DNA of 64,000 nucleotides from a bacterium. Lineage in GTDB: Bacteria > JADJOY01. Below the pieces are notes generated by a model that did no database searches, was not told the origin of the DNA, and saw only the letters and a list, made by a program, of their open reading frames with translations. Made by a program: the position numbers and the translations under genes. Positions 52,651-62,220 of the stretch are shown here, in pieces. The stretch is from NCBI GenBank assembly GCA_046331705.1, contig JAXLQJ010000009.1:62001-126000 (forward strand), read 5' to 3'. Each line of letters opens with the position of its first letter. The first letter of the stretch is position 1.

Positions 52651-53892
52651 ATGTCCGAGCTGGCCATTCACGGCGGCAAGCCCGTCCGCAGCGAGCCGTT
52701 TCCAGCCTGGCCGGTGCACGACGAACGAGAAGCGAAGGCACTGCAAGACGTGCTCGCGTCGCGGAACTGGGGCGGTTACCCATCGCCCAACGTCCACGCG
52801 AAGGCGTTCGCGGAGGCCTTCGCCGCCGCCCACACCGCGCGCTACTGCATTCCCGCCGCGAACGGCACGGTGACGCTCGAGATCGCGCTGCGTGCCGCCG
52901 GCGTGAAAGCCGGCGACGAGGTGATCGTCACGCCGTACACGTGGATCGCCACCGGCGCCGCGCCGGTCTACCTGAACGCGGTGCCGGTCTTCGCCGACAT
53001 CGACCCCGAGACCTATTGCCTTGATCCCCAGGCGGTCGAGGCCGCCATCACGCCGCGAACCAAGGCGATCATCCCGGTGCACCTGGGCTGCCGGATGGCG
53101 GACATGGACGCGCTCATGGCGATCGCCCGCAAGCACGGCCTCACGGTGATCGAGGATTGCGCCCACATGCACGGCGCCCGCTGGAACGATCGCGGTGCCG
53201 GCTCGATCGGTCATCTGGGGAGCTTCAGCTTCCAGAGCTCGAAGCTCATGACCGCCGGCGAGGGCGGCGCCATCCTGACCAGCGATCCCGAGCTCGCCGA
53301 GCGCTGCCACTCACTCGTGAACTGCGGCCGCAAGATGGAGGGCTACGACTCCTTCGACGGCTGGATGGTCGGTTGGAACTACCGCATCAGCGAGTGGCAG
53401 GCCGCGGTGCTCGCGTGTCAGACCGAGCGCCTCGAAGCGCAGACCCTGCTGCGCGAGCAGAACGCCGAGTATCTCTACCAGGCGCTCGCCGAGGTTCCCG
53501 GCCTCCGGCCGCTGCGCCGCGACCCGCGGATCACACGCACCGCGAACTACCAGGTGATCCTGCGCTACGACCCCGCGGGATTCGGCGGCTTGAAGCGCGA
53601 TCGCTTCGCCGAGGCGCTCACCGCCGAGGGCATCGAGGTGGACCCGTACTTCTACATCCCGCTCTACCAGAGCCCGCTCTTCACCGTGACCGCCGCCGAC
53701 TATCCGCAGATCCGCGCGCGCTACGGCGACGCGATCACCAACGACTCGGCGAGCTGCCCGATCGCCGAGCGCGCGGCGTATCAAGAAGCGCTCTGGATCC
53801 ACCACCCGCTCTTCATGGGCACGCGCCGCGACATGGATCAGGTCGTGGACGCGATCCGCAAGATCCAGCGCAATTTGAGCGAGCTGCTCTGA
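52651..53892 (+). CDS. DegT/DnrJ/EryC1/StrS family PLP aminotransferase
   Basis: AGGAGG RBS; ANGTVTL, GDEVIV, PVHLG, IEDCAH, SFQSSKLMTAGEGG, NYRISE. Confidence 0.92.
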   Translation: MSELAIHGGKPVRSEPFPAWPVHDEREAKALQDVLASRNWGGYPSPNVHAKAFAEAFAAAHTARYCIPAANGTVTLEIALRAAGVKAGDEVIVTPYTWIATGAAPVYLNAVPVFADIDPETYCLDPQAVEAAITPRTKAIIPVHLGCRMADMDALMAIARKHGLTVIEDCAHMHGARWNDRGAGSIGHLGSFSFQSSKLMTAGEGGAILTSDPELAERCHSLVNCGRKMEGYDSFDGWMVGWNYRISEWQAAVLACQTERLEAQTLLREQNAEYLYQALAEVPGLRPLRRDPRITRTANYQVILRYDPAGFGGLKRDRFAEALTAEGIEVDPYFYIPLYQSPLFTVTAADYPQIRARYGDAITNDSASCPIAERAAYQEALWIHHPLFMGTRRDMDQVVDAIRKIQRNLSELL

Positions 53893-53917
53893 GCCCGGTC
53901 GCGTCGCGCGGGCGAGG

Positions 53918-55978
53918 TCAGCTCGACTCCACCGACCAGCTCGCCGCGAGGCGCACGCGGCCGAGCAGCTCGGTGCCCCCGGGGTCGATCACGCGCAAGC
54001 GATAGCGCTGATCGTGGTAGTCGAAGAGCCGCTCGCCCGAGCGGCTCATCGCGGAGACACTCACCGGGTAGACACCGGGGGTGAACGGCAGTGCGGCGAT
54101 GGCGAGCCGCACCACTCCGGCGCCGCGGATCGTGCCGACGGCAGCGCCGCTCGCGCTGGTGTTGGGCGCCGCGAGCAGCAACCCGCCGGGCTCGTGGATG
54201 CCGACACCGAACATCGGCGTCTCGATGGGCTCGCTGGCCTCGAACGCGAGCTCGATCGCCAGCGGTGCACCGCTCTCGGTGGCTTCGATGGGACGTCCTC
54301 GCCCGTCGAGAAAACGCACGCCCGTGATGCGCAACGGACCCTGCGCTGAGACGCCGGCAGCCGCCGCGGGCGCCAACACGCGCTCTTCGGCCTCGGCGAG
54401 CCACTCGCCCTCGCCTGCCGCGCCGTCGAGCGCCGCGCGCGCGGCGTGCTCGCGCAAGCGCTCGACCATCCAGCGCGGATTCACGCGGCGGAAGAGCTCA
54501 CTGGGCGCGTCCCCGAGGAGCGCGAGCCAGCGGTCGAAGACCACCCGTCGCGCGCGCCCGGCGCCTTCCCGCGGGTCGCGGAAGAGATCGTGAGCCGCGC
54601 CCTCCAGCTGCGTGATCGCGCACGCCGCGAAGCCGTCGCTTCGGATCGCGCCGCGCCCGAGGATCTCGTCGGCCACCACCTCCACCATGCGCGCCACCGC
54701 GTCGCCCTCGCCGGCCTCGGCGGCGCGCGTGAGGCCAGCGAGCGCTTCCAGGTGCTCGAGGACCGCGCGGTCGCGGGCGGGGCCGCCCTCGTGGATCCGA
54801 GCCTCGCGCTCGAGTGCCTCCGCCAGCATCCGGCGCGCGCGCGCCTCCGCTGCGCGCTCGCCGGCGAGAGCCGCGCGCTCGATCTCTCGATACGCGAGCT
54901 CCTTCCAGCGCACCAGCACTTCCTCGGTGCGGTGCGGGTCCGTGTAGTAGCGGGAGGCCTCGCTCAGCACCCGGCCGAGCGCCTCCAGGTCCTCGGAGGA
55001 GAATTGCTCGCGCAAGCTGAGGTCGCGTCCGAGCGCCGCACGGCCTTCGAGGAACGTGAGGACGCGCTGGAAGCGATCGTCGAGGTCGGCACGCAGCTCG
55101 TGCAGGGCTTGCTCGAGATCCGCCTTGCTCGTTCGCTCGCGACCGGCGCGAAAGCGGCTGGGCAGCCAGCTTCCGGCGCTCGCTCGCTCGTCGAGATCGG
55201 CCAGACGCCGATCGATCGCCTCGAGCTCGGCCACGCGCTCGCGCGTGTCGCCGAGGATGAGCTCACGCTCGGCGCTCCACACCCGGTCGAGATACGCCGC
55301 GATCACCGTGGCCGTCTCGCCGCTCGCCACCACGCGGCCGCGCTCGAGGCACAGCGCCTCGTCGCAGAAGCCGCGCACCGTCTCGAGCGAGTGGCTCACC
55401 AGCACGATGGTCTTGCCGCGCCGCTTGAGCTCGTCGATGCGGCGAAAGCTCTTGTGCTGGAACTCCTCGTCGCCCACCGCCAGCACCTCGTCGAGGAGCA
55501 GCACGTCGGGGTCGCGCAAGAGCGCCGTCGAGAACGCCAGGCGCATGCGCATCCCGCTCGAATACGAGGCGAACGGCCGGTCGAGCTCGCTCGCGAGCCC
55601 GGCGAAGCGCGCCACCTCGGGCAATCGTTCGGTCACCTCTCGGCGCTTGAGCCCGAGGAACGTTCCGAAGAGCAGCACGTTCTCGCGTCCGGTGAGCGCT
55701 TCGTCGAAGCCGCCGCCGATCTCGATCAAGCCGAGCGCGGTGCCGCGCACCTGCACCACGCCCGCGCTCGGCGCGAGCGTGCCGGCGAGCAGCTTGAGCA
55801 GCGTCGTCTTGCCGGAGCCGTTGCGCCCGATCACGCCCAGCGTCTTGCCGGGAGCGAGGGTGAAGCTCACGGCGTCGAGCGCCACCACCGATCCGAGCCG
55901 CCGTCCCGGCTCGCCGGGACGCGGCTCGTAGCGCTTGACCAGATCGCGGACCTCGACGGTGGGCGGGCCCGCGCTCAC
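53918..55978 (-). CDS. wzt: Wzt-type polysaccharide ABC transporter ATPase with ~300-aa helical insertion and C-terminal Wzt_C domain
   Basis: GRNGSGKTT, LTGRENV, YSSGMRMRLAFS, DEVLAVGDEEFQHK; C-terminal RITGVRFLD...LPFTPGVY; GTG overlaps wzm stop. Confidence 0.82.
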   Translation of the reverse strand: MSAGPPTVEVRDLVKRYEPRPGEPGRRLGSVVALDAVSFTLAPGKTLGVIGRNGSGKTTLLKLLAGTLAPSAGVVQVRGTALGLIEIGGGFDEALTGRENVLLFGTFLGLKRREVTERLPEVARFAGLASELDRPFASYSSGMRMRLAFSTALLRDPDVLLLDEVLAVGDEEFQHKSFRRIDELKRRGKTIVLVSHSLETVRGFCDEALCLERGRVVASGETATVIAAYLDRVWSAERELILGDTRERVAELEAIDRRLADLDERASAGSWLPSRFRAGRERTSKADLEQALHELRADLDDRFQRVLTFLEGRAALGRDLSLREQFSSEDLEALGRVLSEASRYYTDPHRTEEVLVRWKELAYREIERAALAGERAAEARARRMLAEALEREARIHEGGPARDRAVLEHLEALAGLTRAAEAGEGDAVARMVEVVADEILGRGAIRSDGFAACAITQLEGAAHDLFRDPREGAGRARRVVFDRWLALLGDAPSELFRRVNPRWMVERLREHAARAALDGAAGEGEWLAEAEERVLAPAAAAGVSAQGPLRITGVRFLDGRGRPIEATESGAPLAIELAFEASEPIETPMFGVGIHEPGGLLLAAPNTSASGAAVGTIRGAGVVRLAIAALPFTPGVYPVSVSAMSRSGERLFDYHDQRYRLRVIDPGGTELLGRVRLAASWSVESS

Positions 55979-56715
55979 GCGCGCTCCGTGATGAGCGCCG
56001 CCGAGCGCCGCGCCAACCCACGCCCCGCCGCCAGGATCGCCAGCGACAGCACGATCGTGACGCCCACGTGGTCCGGCTCGGGAACCACGCGGTGCAGGAT
56101 CGCGCCGCGGACCTCCTCGATGATCCGGGCCATCGGATTCAGCTCGACCAACGCGCGCAGCGAATCCGGCACCATGCGAATCTCGTAGACCACCGGCGTC
56201 ACCCAGAAGCCGATCGCGAGCACCAGCTTCCACGCATGATCGGCGTCACCGATCCGCGCGCGCAGCACCACCAGCAGCAGCCCGACGCCGAACGCGAGCG
56301 CCACCAGCATCGCGAGCGGGACGAGCGCCGCGAACGCGGTGCCGTCGGCGCGCGGGCCGAGCCAGCGCTGGCAGGCGAGGAACGTCGCCAGCCCCAGCAC
56401 CAGCTCGATGAGCTGAACGCTCACCGTCGCCGCCATCAGCACCCAGGTCGCGTCGGGGCCGGATTGCAGCAACGCGCGGCGCGCGGGGATCGAGCCGATT
56501 CCCTCGGAGGTCGCCCCCGCGAAGAAGTTCCAGAGCACGATCCCGAGGACCAGCGACAGCACCGACAGCGCCTGGCTCGCGCCCACCAGCCAGTGCAACG
56601 CGATCACCAGCGTGACCACCAGCAGCACCGGGGAGACCAGCCACAGCCGCCCGAGCAGGCTGCGCCCGTAGCGGCCTTGCAGCACCGCGACGAACGCCGC
56701 TCGGAACCGATCCAT
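55975..56715 (-). CDS. wzm: Wzm-type ABC-2 permease
   Basis: RYGRSLLGRLW, WNFF, FWVTPVVY, LNPMARIIEEVR. Confidence 0.85.
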   Translation of the reverse strand: MDRFRAAFVAVLQGRYGRSLLGRLWLVSPVLLVVTLVIALHWLVGASQALSVLSLVLGIVLWNFFAGATSEGIGSIPARRALLQSGPDATWVLMAATVSVQLIELVLGLATFLACQRWLGPRADGTAFAALVPLAMLVALAFGVGLLLVVLRARIGDADHAWKLVLAIGFWVTPVVYEIRMVPDSLRALVELNPMARIIEEVRGAILHRVVPEPDHVGVTIVLSLAILAAGRGLARRSAALITERA

Positions 56716-56760
56716 GCCTGCTCGCTCAGCGCCCGCGGGGCTCGCTCCCGGGCGAACGCC

Positions 56761-57369
56761 TCATGCGGCGCCGAGCCAGATCCCGCCGAGCAGCAGCTGC
56801 CGCTCTTCCTCGCCGCGCAACGCGAGCTTGCGGTCCGGATGGATCTCCAGGTTGAGCCCGCGCACCGGCTGGCCGCCGAAGGCCCGGTTGCTGGCGTCCT
56901 GAAGCTGACCGAACGGGATCGAGAGCAAGGCCCAATCGGCGCCCGCGAAGGCGTTGTCGTGCCACGCGAAGAACTCGCCTGCATCCGTCTGCACCACCAC
57001 GCGGATGGCGGTGGGAGCCTTGGCGCCGCGCGCCAGCACGTGCAACCGCCGCTGACCCTTCCAGTCGGCGCCGCCGAGGGGCACGTGGACGATCACCCAG
57101 CCGCCCGACTGAATCGCGTACTTGAGGCTCGTCGAGCTGGTGGCAGGACCGAAGGCCTCGCCAGCGCCCAGCTCGACCAGCCGCGACTGCTCGTTGGTGA
57201 ACACCTGCGCCTGGGTGCTCGGGAACGTGGTCACGGCCCGCGCACCTTCCGGCAGCCGCGCGTCCGCGCCCTTCTTCACCTCGACCACCTCTTCCGCGGG
57301 CGCGACGATCACCTTGTACAGGAAGAAGACGATCGCCCCGAGCAGCACGACTGCGATCAAGTACGACAC
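56761..57369 (-). CDS. Membrane-anchored protein with CBM11/CIA30-like beta-sandwich
   Basis: GAGG RBS; N-terminal TM; DWKG...IRVVVQ..GEFF...WALLSIPFGQL pattern. Confidence 0.6.
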   Translation of the reverse strand: MSYLIAVVLLGAIVFFLYKVIVAPAEEVVEVKKGADARLPEGARAVTTFPSTQAQVFTNEQSRLVELGAGEAFGPATSSTSLKYAIQSGGWVIVHVPLGGADWKGQRRLHVLARGAKAPTAIRVVVQTDAGEFFAWHDNAFAGADWALLSIPFGQLQDASNRAFGGQPVRGLNLEIHPDRKLALRGEEERQLLLGGIWLGAA

Positions 57370-57553
57370 GGTTCGAGTCCTCGCTCAGCCATTCGATGGG
57401 CGCTGGATCCTGCGTGCACGGCATGCGGCGAGGCCGTGCGCGCCGCTCGTCGCGCAGGGGAGACGCGACGGCCACCGGATCGGAACGATCCACTCTTCCG
57501 AGGCGCCGGCGGCGTGGGCGCGGCCAACATGTATTGGACCACCGCGCGAGGTG

Positions 57554-58666
57554 TCAAGAATGCGGCGCGGGCGACGCGCCGGCGGAGCGCTGGGCCCGCC
57601 ACGCGGCCATCCCCGCCGCGCGCCGCCTCAACCAGGCGACGGCCACGCGGCCCGCGAGCGCCGTGAAGAACAGCCACGGATAGAGCCCGAGGGTGAACAC
57701 CTTGGGCGAGAACGTCGCGAGACCGATCAGCCATTCGAGTGCCCAGCCCAGCGCGAGCGCGCGCCTCGGCACGACCGGCAGCGTCGCAACCCAGAAGAGC
57801 GTCAGCGGCACCAGCGTGAGGAGATGATCCGGCTCGCGGGTCCGCAGCGCCACGAGCGAGAGCAGGACCGTCGCCATGAGCCCGAGGCCGATCTCGATCG
57901 CGTGGCGCACCGGCCACGGCTGCGCGCCGAACGCCGCTCGAGAGGGCCGCTCGATCCGCCGCTCTCCGTCCGCTCCGGCGGCCGGACGCAGCAGCACCAC
58001 CGAAACGAGGAATGCCGCCATGAGCACACCGAAGAGCAGCTCGGGCCCGCCGCCGTCGCCATGAATCGCCTGAAAATGAAGCGCCGTCCCCGCACCGAAC
58101 GCCAACCAGCGCAGCACCGGCCAGCGAGCGAGCCAGCGCGCGCTCGTTCCCCACCAGAAGAGAAAACCGCCGACGAACACCGCCCACCCGAAGAGCGGCA
58201 CGGGAGGGATGGTGACCCACGCGTGCCCGCCATCGCCAGGCGCAGGGACCACCCACGGGACGCCATCCACGGTCCAGCGCCACCAGCCGAGTGCGGTGCC
58301 CACCGCTTCCATCGGATACGAGATCGACGCCGCGACCAGCATCGCCACGAAGACCGTGTGTACCCATCCGCCGCGAGCACCGGGAAAGCGAGCGAGCAGG
58401 CGCTCGGCCAGCGTCCAGGCGACATACGACGTGAAGAGCCAGCCCACGACCACGCCCAGCGGCGCGGCGCCGAGCCGCAGCACCGGCTCCGACGCATAGA
58501 AGTACCGGTGGAAATACCCGGCGACCGAGAGGTTCTCCTTCGCGACGAAGTAGACGAACGCGAGCCCGAAGAAATCCGCCGCCGTGCCGCCGCCGCGCCA
58601 CACGCGTGCGTGCAGCACCAGCAGCACCAAGGCGACGGCGGCGGGGACGAGCAGCGCGATGGGCAT
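57554..58666 (-). CDS. Polytopic membrane protein, CruF/DUF422-like
   Basis: Many TM segments; E...YFY...GAAPL.VVVGW, PME...LGWWRW, PP.PLFGW resemble the CruF family. Confidence 0.55.
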   Translation of the reverse strand: MPIALLVPAAVALVLLVLHARVWRGGGTAADFFGLAFVYFVAKENLSVAGYFHRYFYASEPVLRLGAAPLGVVVGWLFTSYVAWTLAERLLARFPGARGGWVHTVFVAMLVAASISYPMEAVGTALGWWRWTVDGVPWVVPAPGDGGHAWVTIPPVPLFGWAVFVGGFLFWWGTSARWLARWPVLRWLAFGAGTALHFQAIHGDGGGPELLFGVLMAAFLVSVVLLRPAAGADGERRIERPSRAAFGAQPWPVRHAIEIGLGLMATVLLSLVALRTREPDHLLTLVPLTLFWVATLPVVPRRALALGWALEWLIGLATFSPKVFTLGLYPWLFFTALAGRVAVAWLRRRAAGMAAWRAQRSAGASPAPHS

Positions 58667-58868
58667 GCGCGAACCGAGAGGGACGACGCGACGACTCTAC
58701 CGCGTGCCGGTCGGCCGGGGCAGCCGACCAGCCGGGCGATCGTCGCGCGCCGACGCGCGGGGACGATCGCCAGAGCGCCCAAGCACCACGCCGAGACGCC
58801 CGGCCGAAGCGCGAAGCCCGCAGACGCGCGAGGCCAAGCAAGGCTGAGCGAGACCGAGCGAGGCTGAA

Positions 58869-58897
58869 TTGCGTCACCCGGCAACGCGGTGTACCGT
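58869..58897 (+). promoter_or_regulatory. Putative sigma70 promoter for the MFS gene
   Basis: TTGCGT-17-TACCGT, 21 nt before ATG 58919. Confidence 0.4.
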
Positions 58898-58918
58898 TCG
58901 GCGCCCCGCGAGAGCCCG

Positions 58919-60310
58919 ATGAGCGACGCAAGCGCCGCCGACTCCACACCCGCGAACGGCGGCGCGCCGCCGTCCAACGAGCGCTCGCTCTCGACGACGC
59001 GACGGGTGCTCTTCGCGAGCGGTACCGTCGGCAACGGTCTCTTGCCCGGGTTCTTGGTGGCGTGGCAGCTCTACTACTTCGCGCCGCCCGCCGACAGCGG
59101 CCGCTCGATCCTAGTGCCGGCCCTCGTCATTGGCTGGGTGAACCTGATCGGTCAGATCGTCCACTCGCTCGCGGACTGGGCGATCGGCTACGCGAGCGAT
59201 CGCACGCGCAGCCGCTGGGGCCGACGGATTCCCTGGATCGCCGTGGCGTCGCCGATCTGCACGGTGGCGTTCATGGCGATCTGGTGGCCGCCGCTGGCCA
59301 CGGTCGGCTGGCTCAACGTGGCCTGGCTCGCGAGCATCCGCTCGATCTTCTGGATCGCGTACACGGCCTCGGTCGGGCCGTATTGCTCGCTGCTGCCCGA
59401 GGTCACCGAGCCCGGGGCCGAGCGCACCCGCGTCGGCGCGTACATGGCCGTGTTCGAGGTGATCGGCACGGTGCTGTCGAGCGTGGTCGCCGGCCAGCTC
59501 ATCGATCGACACGAGCACGGCGGCATGCTCGCTGGCTTCCACTTCACCGACGGCTACAAATACACCGCCGCGCTCCTGAGCCTGATCTCGCTCGCGTCGA
59601 TGTGGGTCTCGATCGCGGTGATTCGCGAGAAGCCTCACGACGCCTCGAAGGAAGTGCCCTACGGCCCGGTCCAGTCGCTGGTGGAGACCTTGCGCAATCC
59701 GGCGTTCCGGCCCTACGCGTTGGCCTTCATCGCGTTTCGCGTCGGCCTCAACGCGATCATCGTCGTCATGCCCTACCAAGCCGACGTGATCCTGCACCTC
59801 GCGCACCCGGAGTCCGCCGCGGGCAACCTCCAGGGCGTGATCGTTCTCGGCAGCATCCCGTTCTTCTTCGTCATCGATCGCCTGGTCAATCGCACCGGCA
59901 AGCGGCGCGTGATGCTGTGGGGGTTCCTGGGCTTCGCGGTGGTGATCGCGAGCGCTGGATTCATCGGTCGCTATCCCGTGGGGGCCCCGCTCGCCCAGGC
60001 GTACGCCGTCTACGCGCTGTGCACGTTTCCGGTCGCGACGCTCTTCATGCTGCCGCGACCGATCATGGCGGACATCATCGATCTCGACGCGAAGCGCACC
60101 GGCTACCGGCGCGAGGGGATCTACAACGGCGCCGAGGGGCTCTTGACCAAGTTCGCCGAGGGCTTGGGACCGTTCCTGGCGGCGGCGCTGCTCGATCACT
60201 TCGGCAAGACCACGGCGAACCCGCTCGGAGTCGTCCTCACCGGCCCGATCGCCGGCGCGATCTGCCTGCTCGGCTGGTTCCTGTTCCTGCGCTACCCGAT
60301 CAAGACCTGA
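58919..60310 (+). CDS. MFS transporter, glycoside-pentoside-hexuronide (MelB-like) family
   Basis: GYASDRTRSRWGRRIPWI, PYCSLLPE, ADIIDLD...TGYRREGIY, RYPI end. Confidence 0.9.
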   Translation: MSDASAADSTPANGGAPPSNERSLSTTRRVLFASGTVGNGLLPGFLVAWQLYYFAPPADSGRSILVPALVIGWVNLIGQIVHSLADWAIGYASDRTRSRWGRRIPWIAVASPICTVAFMAIWWPPLATVGWLNVAWLASIRSIFWIAYTASVGPYCSLLPEVTEPGAERTRVGAYMAVFEVIGTVLSSVVAGQLIDRHEHGGMLAGFHFTDGYKYTAALLSLISLASMWVSIAVIREKPHDASKEVPYGPVQSLVETLRNPAFRPYALAFIAFRVGLNAIIVVMPYQADVILHLAHPESAAGNLQGVIVLGSIPFFFVIDRLVNRTGKRRVMLWGFLGFAVVIASAGFIGRYPVGAPLAQAYAVYALCTFPVATLFMLPRPIMADIIDLDAKRTGYRREGIYNGAEGLLTKFAEGLGPFLAAALLDHFGKTTANPLGVVLTGPIAGAICLLGWFLFLRYPIKT

Positions 60311-60381
60311 TCCCGTGCAGGCGGGTGCGCTGCTCGCGGCGCCGGACGAGCCCGTCGCGCGAGCACGCTGCGGCGCGGGCC

Positions 60382-60846
60382 TCAGCGCACGAAGCTGGTG
60401 ATCAGCGTGGCCGCGAGCGCGATCTCGGTGGACTGGGTGCGGTGGCGATCGCCCGCGCGCTCGAGCAGCGCGCGCGCCTGCGGCTCTTCCTCGATCGACG
60501 CCAGGCTCAGCGCCTCGCGGGCCAGCTCGGCCTCGGCCTCGGCGAGCGCCGAGAGCTTCTGAAAGGTGATGCCGTCGAGGCGGGGGACGTCGCGCACCGG
60601 TTCCGGCGCCGCGACGCCGAAGTGCGCGAGCAGGCCGCGCAGATCCGCTGCCGCGGCGCGATCACCTTCCGCCACGTTGGCGAGGTCGCGCCGAAAGCGA
60701 TCGCTGCGCAGGTCGGGCACGATGCGCTCCGCTCGCAACGCGTTCGCCTCCTGCGCGGTGACCAGCGCCCGAAGACGCTCGACCGGCCGCTCGCGTGCGA
60801 TGGGAGACTCGGCGAAGAAGCTACGAAGGCGTGTGCTCAGCGACAT
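60382..60846 (-). CDS. Ferritin-like four-helix-bundle protein
   Basis: Two helix pairs separated by a FG..P loop; downstream of mrp. Confidence 0.5.
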   Translation of the reverse strand: MSLSTRLRSFFAESPIARERPVERLRALVTAQEANALRAERIVPDLRSDRFRRDLANVAEGDRAAAADLRGLLAHFGVAAPEPVRDVPRLDGITFQKLSALAEAEAELAREALSLASIEEEPQARALLERAGDRHRTQSTEIALAATLITSFVR

Positions 60847-60952
60847 GGCGTCCGCTCCCGGCGCTGCCGAAGCAGCGCGCTGCGAGGGCGAGATTCGCGG
60901 TGCAGGCGCATGCGCCGTCGTGCCCGGCGAACGGTGCGCCCTCCCCTTCCGA

Positions 60953-62050
60953 TCAGTTCGAGACCCACGTGATCGGCGCGCCCGGGAAGATCGCGGGGCC
61001 GTCCACGTTCATGATCGAGAGCCGCGCGGCCAGCGCGCCCGCGACCTCGCCGTAGACCTTGGCGACCGGCGAGCTCGGCTCGGCCATCACCACCGGCCGG
61101 CCGTTGTCGCCGCCCTCGCGAATCGCGCCCACGATGGGAATCTCGCCCAGGAACGGCACGCCGAGCTCCATCGCCTTCCGCCGCCCGCCGCCATAGCCGA
61201 AGATCTCGCTGCGCTCGTTGCAGTGCGGGCACAGGAAGTAGCTCATGTTCTCCACGATGCCGAGGACGGGCACGTTCACCTTGGTGAACATCGTGAGCCC
61301 CTTCACCGCGTCGGCCAGCGCCACGTCCTGCGGCGTGGTGACGATGACCGCGCCCGCGAGCGGCGCGGTCTGGGTGAGCGTGAGCTGGGCGTCGCCGGTT
61401 CCCGGCGGCAGGTCGATCACCAGGTAATCGAGCTCGCCCCACTCCACCTGGGTGAGGAATTGCTGGAGGATGTTGTGCACCATCGGGCCGCGCCACACCA
61501 CCGGCGTCGATTCCGTGATGAGGAAGCCCATCGACATCACGCGCAAGCCGTAGCGCTCGATGGGCATGAGGCGCTGGCCGACCATCCCCGGGCGCTCGTC
61601 GATACCGAGCATGATCGGCACGCTGGGACCGTAGATGTCGGCGTCGAGCAAGCCCACCGAGGCGCCGGTCTGCTGCAGCGCCAGCGCGAGATTGACGGCC
61701 GTGGTGGACTTCCCCACGCCGCCCTTCCCGCTCGCCACGGCGATCGGGTTCTTCACGCCCGGCAACATGCGCTGGTGCTGAAGCGAACGTCCGCGGGTGT
61801 TCGCGGTCATCGTCACGTCCACCTCGGTGACACCGGCGACGGTGCGCACCGCGGCCTCTGCCTCGTCGCGCAGCCGGTCCTTCACCGGGCACGCCGGCGT
61901 GGTGAGCTCGATGGCGAACCTCACCTTCCCGCCCGCGATCGTGAGGTTCTTCACGAACCCGAGCTCCACGATGTCCCGATGCAGGTCGGGGTCTTGGACC
62001 CGCCGCAGGGCGTCCAGCACCGCGCGCTCGGTCACGGCATCCGCGCTCAT
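60953..62050 (-). CDS. mrp: Mrp/ApbC iron-sulfur cluster carrier ATPase
   Basis: VQDPDLHRDIV, LTTPACP, SGKGGVGKST, DADIYGPS, WRGPM, DLPPGTGD, ENMSYFLCPHC. Confidence 0.95.
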   Translation of the reverse strand: MSADAVTERAVLDALRRVQDPDLHRDIVELGFVKNLTIAGGKVRFAIELTTPACPVKDRLRDEAEAAVRTVAGVTEVDVTMTANTRGRSLQHQRMLPGVKNPIAVASGKGGVGKSTTAVNLALALQQTGASVGLLDADIYGPSVPIMLGIDERPGMVGQRLMPIERYGLRVMSMGFLITESTPVVWRGPMVHNILQQFLTQVEWGELDYLVIDLPPGTGDAQLTLTQTAPLAGAVIVTTPQDVALADAVKGLTMFTKVNVPVLGIVENMSYFLCPHCNERSEIFGYGGGRRKAMELGVPFLGEIPIVGAIREGGDNGRPVVMAEPSSPVAKVYGEVAGALAARLSIMNVDGPAIFPGAPITWVSN

Positions 62051-62220
62051 GTCTCCACTCTCCTGGAAGGAAATCGTCCCGTCGACGATCGAACGCGCAC
62101 CATAACCTCCCGATCCGCGCGCGGCCTTGTTTCGCGTGTTTCACAAGCTGTAGGTTGCAGCGAGCGACGCTCCCGCGGCCCGCGCTGCAGCGCGGCACCG
62201 CGGCGTCGCCGCCAGCGCCC

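Noticed and set aside
57365-57395. GGTTCGAGTCC...CCA resembling a tRNA T-arm and 3' end
   Set aside because: The T-stem does not pair and no cloverleaf forms; it is the reverse complement of the RBS region of the 56761..57369 gene.
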